A stretch of 64,000 nucleotides of DNA from a virus. The notes below the pieces were generated by a model that was not told the DNA's origin, made no database searches, and saw only the letters and a list, made by a program, of their open reading frames with translations. The stretch lies in IMG/VR virus record IMGVR_UViG_3300032770_000017, positions 1 through 64,000 of that record, one strand, 5' to 3'. A program made the position numbers and the translations under genes. Positions 1 to 8,838 of the stretch are shown in pieces (the stretch's first letter is position 1; every line of letters starts with the position of its first letter).

Positions 1-4
1 GGCC

Positions 5-1234
5 GTGCGCGACCTGCTCAGGGAGCACCAGGGCGTCCTGCGGTGCTCGCTGCGGCGTGACCAGCAACGGCAGGACCGGTTCGTCACCACCGCGGGCGGC
101 GGGGTGCTGGCGGCAGGGATCATGTCGGGCATCACCGGTTTCGGCGCCGACGGGGCCATCGTCGATGACCCGTTCAAGGACTGGCAGGAGGCCCACAGCC
201 AGGGCCGGCGCGACCTCGTCTACAACCAGTACCGCTCGGTCATCCGCCTGCGTCTTGAGTCCGAAGCCGCGTGGGTGATCGTGGTCCAGACCCGCTGGCA
301 CGAGGACGACCTCTCCGGGCGCCTGCTGCAGGCCATGGAGGATGGCACCGGTGAGGACTGGGAACTGGTCCGCATCCCCGCCCTAGCCGAAGCGCCGGAC
401 CCGGCATCGACCGACCCCCTCCGTCGCCTGCCGGACCCGCTCGGCCGCGACCCGGGTGAGGTGATCGAGCCCGAACGGTTCAGTGCCGAAGCCGTACGGC
501 AACGCCACGTCGCCCTTGGATCCTACCTGAGCGCCGGGCTCGAACAGCAACGTCCGGCACCCGAGGAAGGCGGCGAGCTGAAACGGGCGTGGTGGCGGCT
601 GGAAGACGCCATGCCCGAGAAGGCCGACCAGTGGCTGTCCTCGTGGGACATGAAGCTGAAGGACAAGGAGACGGGCGACTACGTCGTCGGGCAGGTATGG
701 GCGCGCACGGGCAAGGACTGTTGGCTCGTCGACCAGATCAGGGGCCAGTTCAACTTCGCCACCACCGTCAATGCCGTGGCCCTGATGCAGGTGCGCTGGC
801 CCCAGTGCCACCGCCACATCATCGAGAACGCCGGCAACGGGCCTGAGGTGATGCAGGCACTGAAGTCCTCGGCGATGGGCTACGACCTGATGGAGGAGAT
901 GGCCGGGCAACTCGCCATGACCGCCGACGAAGTGCCGAAGGTCCAAGCGCTCCGGCGCCGGGGGATGGCCGGCATCCTGCCCAACCCGCCGAAGGGCTCG
1001 AAGATCAGCCGAGCCCGGGCCGTGGCGCCGTACATCGAAGCCGGCGACGTGCACCTGCCCCGCCATGCCTCATGGCTCGGTGCCTTCTTGGACGAGCACT
1101 CGGGCTTCCCGAACGGCACCCACGACGATCAGGTGGACGCCACCTCCCAGGCCCTGGCCCACATGCACCATTTCGGGCAGATGGGACCGCGCCGCCTGAT
1201 GGGCCAGGTGACCGAGGGCCTCGGCTTGACCTGA
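5..1234 (+). CDS. terL: Terminase large subunit (5'-truncated by window edge)
   Basis: Walker B-like AIVDDP, coupling motif QTRWHEDDL, nuclease motifs SWD and HDDQVDATSQAL. Confidence 0.93.
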   Translation: MRDLLREHQGVLRCSLRRDQQRQDRFVTTAGGGVLAAGIMSGITGFGADGAIVDDPFKDWQEAHSQGRRDLVYNQYRSVIRLRLESEAAWVIVVQTRWHEDDLSGRLLQAMEDGTGEDWELVRIPALAEAPDPASTDPLRRLPDPLGRDPGEVIEPERFSAEAVRQRHVALGSYLSAGLEQQRPAPEEGGELKRAWWRLEDAMPEKADQWLSSWDMKLKDKETGDYVVGQVWARTGKDCWLVDQIRGQFNFATTVNAVALMQVRWPQCHRHIIENAGNGPEVMQALKSSAMGYDLMEEMAGQLAMTADEVPKVQALRRRGMAGILPNPPKGSKISRARAVAPYIEAGDVHLPRHASWLGAFLDEHSGFPNGTHDDQVDATSQALAHMHHFGQMGPRRLMGQVTEGLGLT

Positions 1235-1263
1235 GAACTTCACCGCGGTTAGGATGAGGAGCC

Positions 1264-1569
1264 GTGGCTACACCTCCGGCGGTGGTCGTTGGTTCAAGGG
1301 AGATCGAGGGCGGCGGCTGGGAGATCGACGTCTCCATCGGCGACGCCATCGTCACCATGGAGTACCGCGACGGTGCTCTGGGCGCGGTCCCCGGCCCTTT
1401 CTGGCTGGAACCTGGGACTGTCGTCACGGAAGTGTCGAGAATGAGCCAATCCGGGGCGGTGGTCCTTTATCCGGTTGACCCGCCTTTCCGTGTCGATGCC
1501 ATGGGCTATTACCGGCCTCGCTTCGAGACGGATGGGACGGCGACCCTTGTCCCGGTCGCGGGGTCGTGA
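1264..1569 (+). CDS. Hypothetical protein
   Basis: ORF downstream of TTGACC/TAGGAT promoter; stop overlaps next start. Confidence 0.55.
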   Translation: MATPPAVVVGSREIEGGGWEIDVSIGDAIVTMEYRDGALGAVPGPFWLEPGTVVTEVSRMSQSGAVVLYPVDPPFRVDAMGYYRPRFETDGTATLVPVAGS

Positions 1570-1757
1570 TGGCTACAGGCTGGGACGCAGTCAACGAAAC
1601 CCTGGCCCGCGACGGTCTCGAACAGGTCGGTTGGTGGCACGACGAGCCCAAGGTGTGCAATCACTTCGCCTATGCGCAATTCGGCGAATGCGGGCGTGAA
1701 TCGGGAGAATGGAAGCCCGTCTATGTGCGGCGCATTGTGAAAGCGCGACGAAAGTAA
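1566..1757 (+). CDS. Hypothetical protein
   Basis: Coupled small ORF. Confidence 0.45.
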   Translation: MMATGWDAVNETLARDGLEQVGWWHDEPKVCNHFAYAQFGECGRESGEWKPVYVRRIVKARRK

Positions 1758-1973
1758 ATGCCCCGCCTGCGCATGTCCCAACTGATCGCCCGCACGCGTC
1801 GCGCCAAGCGATTGAGCCCCGAGCGCCAGGTGATCAAGGCAGCCGAGGACCGGGAACGCAAAGAGAAGGCCAAGCGCATGGACCGCGACGCCCGCATCCC
1901 TCCCGAAGCGGAGAAGTTCGGCCTCGCGCCCTATGCCGGCCGACCGTTGCCGCCCATGTACCCCGAGGACTAG
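1758..1973 (+). CDS. Small basic hypothetical protein
   Basis: ATG directly after previous TAA; GC3-rich. Confidence 0.5.
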   Translation: MPRLRMSQLIARTRRAKRLSPERQVIKAAEDRERKEKAKRMDRDARIPPEAEKFGLAPYAGRPLPPMYPED

Positions 1974-1987
1974 AGGAGGTCGCCCGA

Positions 1988-2932
1988 ATGAGCGAGATGG
2001 AGGAGTTCCCGCCCTTCACGAAGGAGGAGGCCCGCGAGCACGTTGAGTACCTGAAGGAGGCCATTGAGGCGATGGGCGAATCCATCGCCGATGGGCTATC
2101 CGAGGCATATGAGCGGAAAGCGCACGTCGCGCTGGGCTACTCCTCGTGGGAGGCCTTCGTCGAGACCGAGTTCAAGATGACCCGGCGCAACGCCGGCTAC
2201 ATCCTCGACCGGGTCCGTCTGGCCCTCACTGTGACCGCGGAATCGCAGGGGGGAAACGCGTTTCCCCCCGAGGCTCTGTCCACCCGCGCGGCCCAGGTGC
2301 TCAAGGGTGATCCCGAAGCCCCGGCTGAGATCGCGGCGGCCATTGACGCCGGAGCCCAGCCCGCCGCTGCCGTGAAGGCGGCAGTGGAGAAACGGGCGAA
2401 GCCGAAGAAGCAGGCGCCCGTCGTCATCCCCGCCAACGCCACGGTGAAGCCTGACCAGGACGTCTTGAAGCGGATGAAGGAGGAGATCGTCGCGGTCAAT
2501 GCCGAGAACCACCAACTCAAGAAGGATCTGGCCGACGCAGAGAAGCGTGTCGCCAAACTCGCCGACATGGTCGAGAAGGTCACCAAGGAACGCTCGGGCA
2601 TGAACCGCCCGGCGCCGGTCCACCCGCTCGTGGCGTTGAGCGAGATGAAGGGCGCGGCCCTCGCCACCGAGTTTCGCCACAAGGGAGGCATGGAACTGCT
2701 CAGGAAGGCCCGGGGCGTCCTCGACGCCATGGCTGTCGCCCTGGGCTCTGAAACGGCCCCACGGGCGCCCAAGGCGGCCTCTAACGGCGAATGCCCGCAC
2801 GGCAAGACCCACCAGCAACAGGGGGCGTTCGGGGTGATGGTGGTGTGCGACCAGTGCGACGCCCGGTTCACCACGGAGCAGTGGCGGGCCCGTCAGGCGG
2901 CGATGAGGGCCGCGGCGGTGCAGGGGGCCTAG
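1988..2932 (+). CDS. Putative DNA-binding/coiled-coil phage protein with C-terminal Cys/His motif
   Basis: GAGGAGG RBS before ATG 1988; LGYSSWEAFVETEF..TRR HTH-like segment, coiled coil, CPH..CDQC. Confidence 0.65.
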   Translation: MSEMEEFPPFTKEEAREHVEYLKEAIEAMGESIADGLSEAYERKAHVALGYSSWEAFVETEFKMTRRNAGYILDRVRLALTVTAESQGGNAFPPEALSTRAAQVLKGDPEAPAEIAAAIDAGAQPAAAVKAAVEKRAKPKKQAPVVIPANATVKPDQDVLKRMKEEIVAVNAENHQLKKDLADAEKRVAKLADMVEKVTKERSGMNRPAPVHPLVALSEMKGAALATEFRHKGGMELLRKARGVLDAMAVALGSETAPRAPKAASNGECPHGKTHQQQGAFGVMVVCDQCDARFTTEQWRARQAAMRAAAVQGA

Positions 2933-2941
2933 CCTCACGCC

Positions 2942-3088
2942 ATGGGCCGTCTCCTGCTCCCTGACCGCGCCCTGCGCTGGGGCCTCAACCGACCTCTGGC
3001 CGCGGGCGACGTATGGGTCGGCATGCGGTGGATCAGGCGCGGCTTCTACCGTTTCGATGGTGACGACTGGTACTTCGTGAGGTACTGA
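2942..3088 (+). CDS. Small hypothetical protein (48 aa)
   Basis: ATG 2942 to TGA 3088, overlapping next ATG; below ORF-track cutoff. Confidence 0.4.
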   Translation: MGRLLLPDRALRWGLNRPLAAGDVWVGMRWIRRGFYRFDGDDWYFVRY

Positions 3089-3234
3089 TGGCCACCAAGC
3101 GCCCAGCGCGCCCCAAGGTGAAGAAGGTGGCCAAGCCGAAGATCGCCAAGGCCAGAGCGCCCAAGGTGGCCAAGGCGAAGTCCCACGTCCCCCGCCCGGC
3201 GAAGAAGGAAGCCCACATCCGCCGCCTGCCGTGA
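3088..3234 (+). CDS. Lys/Ala/Pro-rich histone H1-like basic peptide (48 aa)
   Basis: Manual translation MATKRPARPKVKKVAKPKIAKARAPKVAKAKSHVPRPAKKEAHIRRLP; TGATG coupling; GC3-rich codons. Confidence 0.65.
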   Translation: MATKRPARPKVKKVAKPKIAKARAPKVAKAKSHVPRPAKKEAHIRRLP

Positions 3235-3238
3235 GGGC

Positions 3239-3273
3239 TTGACGCCCATCCTAATATCTGTTAGGATCAAGCC
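3239..3273 (+). promoter_or_regulatory. Sigma70-type leaderless promoter with palindrome
   Basis: TTGACG-17nt-TAGGAT, 6 nt to ATG 3274; ATCCTAA-N6-TTAGGAT. Confidence 0.75.
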
Positions 3274-3474
3274 ATGAGCAGCTTCGATGTAGTCGTCGAA
3301 TGGCCCGGCCCGATCTACCGCGTCGAAATTGACGGGGAGACGCTGATGGGCGCCTTCGCCACCCGTGAGATGGCCGAGCGCACCTGCGAGCGGATGCGCC
3401 TCGAAGAGATGCGCGACGAGGCCTACGCGGTCGAGCAGCGCGGCTGGCGGTTCACCCGTCCGGAGACGCAGTGA
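3274..3474 (+). CDS. Hypothetical protein
   Basis: Leaderless start; coupled to next ORF. Confidence 0.6.
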   Translation: MSSFDVVVEWPGPIYRVEIDGETLMGAFATREMAERTCERMRLEEMRDEAYAVEQRGWRFTRPETQ

Positions 3475-3728
3475 GCCTGGACGAGGCCTACCGCCTCCAG
3501 GTCGACAACGACGAGCGCATTGCCCGACTGGCCAAGCAGGGCGTGGGCGTGGACCAGGGCACGATCGAGATGCTCCGCTTCCGTGCCTACCTTGAGGTGC
3601 TCCTCGGCGATCAGTTGCCCGAGGGGCTCCTGCGCTTCCAGCAGGGCATCGCCGAGGCGCTGACGGGCGTGGAGTCCCAGGTCACCCGGGCCAAGTTGCT
3701 CGGTGGCGGCCCGAACGGCCCGCGATGA
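3471..3728 (+). CDS. Hypothetical protein
   Basis: GTGA/ATGA overlaps on both sides. Confidence 0.6.
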   Translation: MSLDEAYRLQVDNDERIARLAKQGVGVDQGTIEMLRFRAYLEVLLGDQLPEGLLRFQQGIAEALTGVESQVTRAKLLGGGPNGPR

Positions 3729-4324
3729 GCCGGCTCTGCTTCATCGACACCGAGACCGTCGGGCTCGATCCCGACGCGCACCCCATCTGGGAACTGGCGC
3801 TCATCATCGACGACCTCGAATACCTCATGCGCTTCGACGTGGACCCGAATGTGGGCGATCCGATCGCGCTCAACCTCTCTGGCTTCCATGAGCGGCACTG
3901 GCGAGGCAATCACGGTGGTGGCAAATGGATGGCGTCCTCGCCTGTTGTCGTTGACCGCTGGGAAAGCATTGACGCGGCCGAGACCTTGAAGGCGGAGGAT
4001 CCTGTCCCGCGATTCGGATCAGCCAAATCGGCTCTACAGACCATTGCCAGCCTGACGCACGGCTGCCATCTCGTCGGCGCCGTCGTGTCCTTCGATGAGG
4101 AACGCCTGCGCCGGTGGATGCACCGCGAGGGCGTTGTCCCATCGTGGCATTACCACCTGATCGATGTGGAGGCGCTCGTGGTTGGGCGTCTCGGGACGGC
4201 ACCGCCATGGGATAGCCAGTATCTGAGCACGTCCGTCGGCGTTGACCCAGACCGGTTTGATCGCCACACGGCGCTCGGGGATGCACGGTGGGCCAAGGCG
4301 CTGTACGAAGCGGTGATGTCGTGA
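3725..4324 (+). CDS. DnaQ-like DEDDh 3'-5' exonuclease
   Basis: FIDTETVGLD (ExoI), SFD (ExoII), HTALGDA (ExoIII). Confidence 0.85.
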   Translation: MSRLCFIDTETVGLDPDAHPIWELALIIDDLEYLMRFDVDPNVGDPIALNLSGFHERHWRGNHGGGKWMASSPVVVDRWESIDAAETLKAEDPVPRFGSAKSALQTIASLTHGCHLVGAVVSFDEERLRRWMHREGVVPSWHYHLIDVEALVVGRLGTAPPWDSQYLSTSVGVDPDRFDRHTALGDARWAKALYEAVMS

Positions 4325-4683
4325 CTCTGTTCGCCTTCACCCTGCTCTCTCTGGCTGCCTGGCGCGTGGCGATGATCGTCTCCGTGGATTCGATCGGCGA
4401 CCCCTTCCGTCGCGCCGTAGCCCTGCGCTGGAAGCCCGTAGAGGTGCCCCTGCGCGACGGCCGCGGCGACGAGGTGGTCGGCACAGCCACCCTCAGGCCG
4501 GCGTGGGTCACCGCCCTGGTGAACTGCCCGAGCTGCACCGACGTATGGACGGCAGGCGCCGGGGTGTTGCTCCTGCACGCGGCGGGACTGTGCGACCAGT
4601 GGCGATGGGTGGCCCTGGCTTGGCTGGCCGCGGCCGGTGTCGGTGTGCTGCTGTCCGATGTGAGCGAGAGGTTGAGCCGGTGA
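4321..4683 (+). CDS. DUF1360-like membrane protein
   Basis: LAAWRVA..VS.DSI..PFR and LVNCPSCTDVW motifs; TM segments; GTGA overlap start. Confidence 0.7.
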   Translation: MTLFAFTLLSLAAWRVAMIVSVDSIGDPFRRAVALRWKPVEVPLRDGRGDEVVGTATLRPAWVTALVNCPSCTDVWTAGAGVLLLHAAGLCDQWRWVALAWLAAAGVGVLLSDVSERLSR

Positions 4684-4955
4684 CCGCCGAACATCCGCAA
4701 CGCCACCGCTGCCCGACCTGCGACCATTTCCGCGCCCTGCGCGACGCCAAGGCTGCCCTCGCGACCTTGGAAGCGGCTGCAGACGCATGGCTCGATCAGT
4801 GCGCCGACCATGAGGGCGGGGAGTATTTCTACCGCGACGTGCTGTGGGAGATCCGAGAGATCCTCGCTCAGCCCACGACCAGCGCGGTGATGATCGACGG
4901 CATCAAGGCGGCGATGCGGTACGTGCCGGTGAAGCCCGCAGACAAGGAGGGCTAG
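4680..4955 (+). CDS. Hypothetical protein (CxxC)
   Basis: GTGA overlap start; GC3 bias. Confidence 0.5.
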   Translation: MTAEHPQRHRCPTCDHFRALRDAKAALATLEAAADAWLDQCADHEGGEYFYRDVLWEIREILAQPTTSAVMIDGIKAAMRYVPVKPADKEG

Positions 4956-5203
4956 GTGACCAGCGCCGCCCTGACCAAGATGGAGGCCACCCAACAGATG
5001 GTCATCCTCGTGGAGCGCTCCTTCCGCAAGCACGCCGACGGCGACGACGTGCTCAGCGACCTCACGGCGTGGTTGCAGGCCAGAGGGCTGGTGCTGACCG
5101 GTGAGGGCGTCAAGCGGCTGAAAAAGGGCCGGTGATGACCATCGAGCAAGCCAAGGCGGTCGGCAATCTCGCGTCGATGGCCGAGGCGTGAGAGGAAAGG
5201 TCG

Positions 5204-5407
5204 GTGACCATGGCGAATAACCCGCTAGACGAGGTCTGCGCCAACTGCGGCCACCGCTGGGGCGAGCATGGCGCCGTGCGTGACGAGTGCCCCGGCAGCC
5301 GCAGCTTCGTGCCTACTGGCCGCTACGCGAGCGACCTGGAAGACATGGACCCATTCGCCATGGCCGACCTGAGCCAGCGGAGCCAGACCGACATGGAGAA
5401 GTCATGA
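5204..5407 (+). CDS. Small Cys/His hypothetical protein
   Basis: CANCGH..EH..C motif. Confidence 0.5.
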   Translation: MTMANNPLDEVCANCGHRWGEHGAVRDECPGSRSFVPTGRYASDLEDMDPFAMADLSQRSQTDMEKS

Positions 5408-5559
5408 GGGGTCGGGGAGGTAAGTGATGGCTGAGAAGGTCATCTGTCGCCTCGTCGGCTGCACGAGCGTGTTCGCACGATGGTGGCGGTGGCCGCACGA
5501 GTTGTGCTCCTGGATGGTCGATGTGACGGGCTCGCTAGAGCACCGGGGGGAGGTAGCTG

Positions 5560-5955
5560 ATGACTGAGCAACGGTCGGACTGCCCGCTGATGCAGACGTG
5601 CGAGTACCCGCTTGTTGGTTACGGCTGCGAGTTCGCCATCCGTTGCGGCCGCATCCGAGACAAGCTCGACGCGTGGGACCGGTACGCCAGCTTCAAGCTG
5701 TCAGACCTCGTCGGCATTGAGTGCCCGTCGTGCCACTTCGACCTCGGTGACCATACGGCCGCCGAGTTCGAAGGGGCCAGCGTGAGGCCGAACACGACAG
5801 GAGATGGATCGGCAGCGAGCCGGGTCCGGTGGCGCCTTCGCGCTCGGACGTTTCGCGCGACCCCACCGGACCCACGGCGCAGGCTATCGGGGCGCAAACT
5901 GACTGAGGAGCCCAACCTCCCACCACCCCCGGCGGTGCCGCTCGCTGACACCTGA
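5560..5955 (+). CDS. Cys-rich hypothetical protein
   Basis: GGAGG RBS before ATG. Confidence 0.45.
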   Translation: MTEQRSDCPLMQTCEYPLVGYGCEFAIRCGRIRDKLDAWDRYASFKLSDLVGIECPSCHFDLGDHTAAEFEGASVRPNTTGDGSAASRVRWRLRARTFRATPPDPRRRLSGRKLTEEPNLPPPPAVPLADT

Positions 5956-5964
5956 GCGCCTCGC

Positions 5965-8022
5965 GTGGCAGGCTATGGCGCGATGCCCCGCCGCGCCCCG
6001 ACGCCAACCGCGCCGGTCGCGGCCCGTCCCGCCGCCCGCAGGCCCCCGGAGACGCCCCTTCAACGCCGGGCCCGGCTGAAGTCCGAAGCGGTCGCCAGCG
6101 CCCGCAACACCAAGCCCTCAGGCGCCCGGGCGCTGCTCAAGGCCAGCCTCAACACCCAAAGCCTGACGGCGGCTGCCATGGTGCTCGACGGCGGATTAGA
6201 CGGGCTGGAGGCGCCGCTGCCCAATGCCGTCACCCGTACCTGGCAGTGGACAGCGACATCATTTTTGGACACTGTGCCCGAGTTGTCCGCTGCTCGCATG
6301 TATGTCGGAAATGCTCTGGCCAGGGTACGGCTGAAGGTGGGCAAGCGCAACCCGGACGGCACCGTGGTCGACGCCTTTGACGGGGCCGAGCCGGTGGAAG
6401 GGCTCGACCAGGCGATCGCGGATGAGGCGGCCGACATCATCGCCACCATCCGCACAGAGATCGGCGGGCAATCGGAGCTGATGCGGTCCTATGCCCAAAA
6501 GATGTTCGTCAACGGCGAGCTTTATTTAGTGCCGCGCGACTCACCAGCGGGGATGACATTCGAGGTGCTCTCGACCATGGAACTGCTCCGGTCGGGCAAT
6601 GACTTCACCATCTTCCGAGGGCCGGGCTTCCCCACCGAGCCCCTGGACCCTAACGTCACGCCCATTCGGATCTGGCGGCCAGACGACCGCTACAACTTCC
6701 TGGCCACGTCCTCGGTGCGGTCGTGCCTGGGGATCCTCTCGGAGCTGGACGTGCTCACCCGCCTGGTGATGGCCTCCAGCCTCTCGCGTATGAGCCTGTC
6801 GGGCATGATCGTGCTGCCGGACTCGGCCGACTCGCCCATTGACGACGGCACCGGGGAGGACGGCCAGACCTCCGAGCAGATGAACCCGCTGCTCGCCGAC
6901 ATCATCGTGCAGGGGTGCAAGGCAGTGGACGACCCATCGTCGCCGGCGGCCTTCATGCCTTATATCGCGCAGGTCCCGGATGAGGCTGTGAACCTGATTC
7001 ACCACGTCCCATTCCAATCTTCTGGCGTTGAGCACATGGACCAGCGCGCCGAGGCCATCGGGCGATTGGCAATGGGACTGGACCTGCCGCCGGAAATAGT
7101 GCTAGGGCATAAAGATTCCACTTTTACAAATGCGATCCAGATCAGCGAGGACACCTTCAAGGTCTATTTGCTGCCAATGGTGCAATTGCTGGTCGACGCG
7201 GTGACCATCGCGGTGCTGTGGCCGGCAATGGCGAAGAACCGCGGGCTCGACCCGGACCGCGTCAAGGCGGCGGGCTATCCCGAGGAAATCCTGACCGTCG
7301 CCGTACACTACGACGCTTCCGACCTGATCTCCCACCCGGACAAGTCCAAGGAACTGGCCGACCTCTACGTCAAAGACCTCACCTTCTCCGCGGTCAGGAC
7401 GTCCGAGGTGCGGATGGCGTACGGGCTTGACCCGACCGAGACAGTGGACGACGACGAGAAGTCGGCACGGCTCGACACCTACCAGCGGGCCCACATCCGG
7501 GAGACCATCACCCCGCTGCCCGGCGGTCAGGTCGACCTCTCCCTCGGCGCGCAGGGAACCTCCATCGTCACCGGTACCACCGGGGCCACTGGCCCGGCGG
7601 AGGAGCCCCAGGGCGTCACCGCGGCCCTGGCGTCACAGATCGCCGGGGCGGCCGACCTGCTCATGGAACGCGTGGCCGAGCGACTGGGGTCCAAGGTTCG
7701 CTCGGCGGTGCGCAACAAGCCCGATGTGGCCGAGTTCTCAGTGATCGGCGGCGTCTCGAACGAGAACATCACCCGCGTCCTCGGGCGGGCGTCAGTCGAG
7801 CGGTTGGTGACCGATCTGCCGGCCATGCTGCGCACCGAGCTGGACGGGTTCGCACGGGCGGTGACGAAGATGGCGGCACGCGCCGGGCACCCATCGCCGA
7901 AGCGGCTGGCCGAGCATCTGTCGCTCAAGCTGGCCGACATGCTCGACGCCCATCTCTACGGGCAGGGCAAAGAGGCGAGCCCGGACGTGTTCGCCCCTCT
8001 GGTCGACGCCTCTCTCGCCTGA
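5965..8022 (+). CDS. Portal protein (cluster-B-mycobacteriophage-like)
   Basis: Motifs DTVPEL..YVGNALARVRL, RIWRP..SSVRSCL..L.EL, EAIGRLAMGLDLPPE.VLG; position after terminase. Start uncertain (5965/5983). Confidence 0.85.
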   Translation: MAGYGAMPRRAPTPTAPVAARPAARRPPETPLQRRARLKSEAVASARNTKPSGARALLKASLNTQSLTAAAMVLDGGLDGLEAPLPNAVTRTWQWTATSFLDTVPELSAARMYVGNALARVRLKVGKRNPDGTVVDAFDGAEPVEGLDQAIADEAADIIATIRTEIGGQSELMRSYAQKMFVNGELYLVPRDSPAGMTFEVLSTMELLRSGNDFTIFRGPGFPTEPLDPNVTPIRIWRPDDRYNFLATSSVRSCLGILSELDVLTRLVMASSLSRMSLSGMIVLPDSADSPIDDGTGEDGQTSEQMNPLLADIIVQGCKAVDDPSSPAAFMPYIAQVPDEAVNLIHHVPFQSSGVEHMDQRAEAIGRLAMGLDLPPEIVLGHKDSTFTNAIQISEDTFKVYLLPMVQLLVDAVTIAVLWPAMAKNRGLDPDRVKAAGYPEEILTVAVHYDASDLISHPDKSKELADLYVKDLTFSAVRTSEVRMAYGLDPTETVDDDEKSARLDTYQRAHIRETITPLPGGQVDLSLGAQGTSIVTGTTGATGPAEEPQGVTAALASQIAGAADLLMERVAERLGSKVRSAVRNKPDVAEFSVIGGVSNENITRVLGRASVERLVTDLPAMLRTELDGFARAVTKMAARAGHPSPKRLAEHLSLKLADMLDAHLYGQGKEASPDVFAPLVDASLA

Positions 8023-8029
8023 TTGCCCG

Positions 8030-8064
8030 TTTACCCTCGTCCTCATAAAGGTTAGGATGAGGGC
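8030..8064 (+). promoter_or_regulatory. Leaderless promoter with inverted repeat
   Basis: TTTACC-17-TAGGAT, 6 nt to ATG 8065; CCCTCGTCCT..AGGATGAGGG inverted repeat. Confidence 0.65.
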
Positions 8065-8391
8065 ATGGCAACCCAGAAAATCACCATCGTCAGTTGCGAC
8101 CTGTGCGCCCAAGAAGGATCGCCCCACGCCGTCACCTTCGACGGCGACAGCTTCGAGATCGACCTGTGCAAGAACCACGGCGACGGCCTGGCCGAAACGC
8201 TCGCATCGTGGGCGGCGGCCGGTCGCCCGGTGGCCAAGCGCGCCCCCCGCGCCCCTCGCCCGCGCCCGGCACGCCCCGACAACAGCGCCATCCGAACGTG
8301 GGCACGCTCCGAGGGCCACGACATCTCCCCCCGTGGCCGCGTCCCGGCTGAGATCGCCGCCGCCTACGAGGCCGCCCACGCCGTAGCCTGA
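8065..8391 (+). CDS. lsr2: Lsr2-family nucleoid-associated protein
   Basis: VTFDGDSFEIDL dimerisation motif; AIRTWARSEGHDISPRGRVPAEIAAAY DNA-binding domain with RGR AT-hook. Confidence 0.93.
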   Translation: MATQKITIVSCDLCAQEGSPHAVTFDGDSFEIDLCKNHGDGLAETLASWAAAGRPVAKRAPRAPRPRPARPDNSAIRTWARSEGHDISPRGRVPAEIAAAYEAAHAVA

Positions 8392-8395
8392 GGGC

Positions 8396-8572
8396 ATGGC
8401 CCGCAGGCGCGCCACCTACCGCCACGGCGAGCGGCGCACCTACTGCGCCCTCGGCTGCCGCTGTGTGCGCTGCAGGGCCGCCAACGCCAAAGCCTCCCGC
8501 CACTACCGGGCAATGGCCCGGAGGCGCCAGCGGGCGCTACAGGGGGCTCTCACACTGGACCTGACGGCATGA
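8396..8572 (+). CDS. Small HG..Y..GCRC..C zinc-finger-like protein (58 aa)
   Basis: Manual translation MARRRATYRHGERRTYCALGCRCVRCRAAN...; ATGA overlap with next gene. Confidence 0.6.
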   Translation: MARRRATYRHGERRTYCALGCRCVRCRAANAKASRHYRAMARRRQRALQGALTLDLTA

Positions 8573-8838
8573 CCAGACGCGCCAAGCCTGACCGGCTGCT
8601 CGATGTGGACGCCATTGAGCGCGACCGCTGGCAGGGCTCACGCGAACTGGTGCGCATCGGCGAGGTCTGCCCCGAGGGCCACGGCCCCTTGTTGGCGGTC
8701 TCCACCATTCAGGGCGTGCTCATCCGCCACGGCGGCTACGGGGCCCCGGTACGCACCACGGAACTGATCTGCCCGGAATGTTTCTGGTCAGTCGTCTCGG
8801 CAGTGTCCGAAGTCCATCCGCGCGAGTTCGTGGCGTGA
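8569..8838 (+). CDS. Hypothetical protein (CPEGH..CPEC)
   Basis: Coupled ORF. Confidence 0.55.
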   Translation: MTRRAKPDRLLDVDAIERDRWQGSRELVRIGEVCPEGHGPLLAVSTIQGVLIRHGGYGAPVRTTELICPECFWSVVSAVSEVHPREFVA

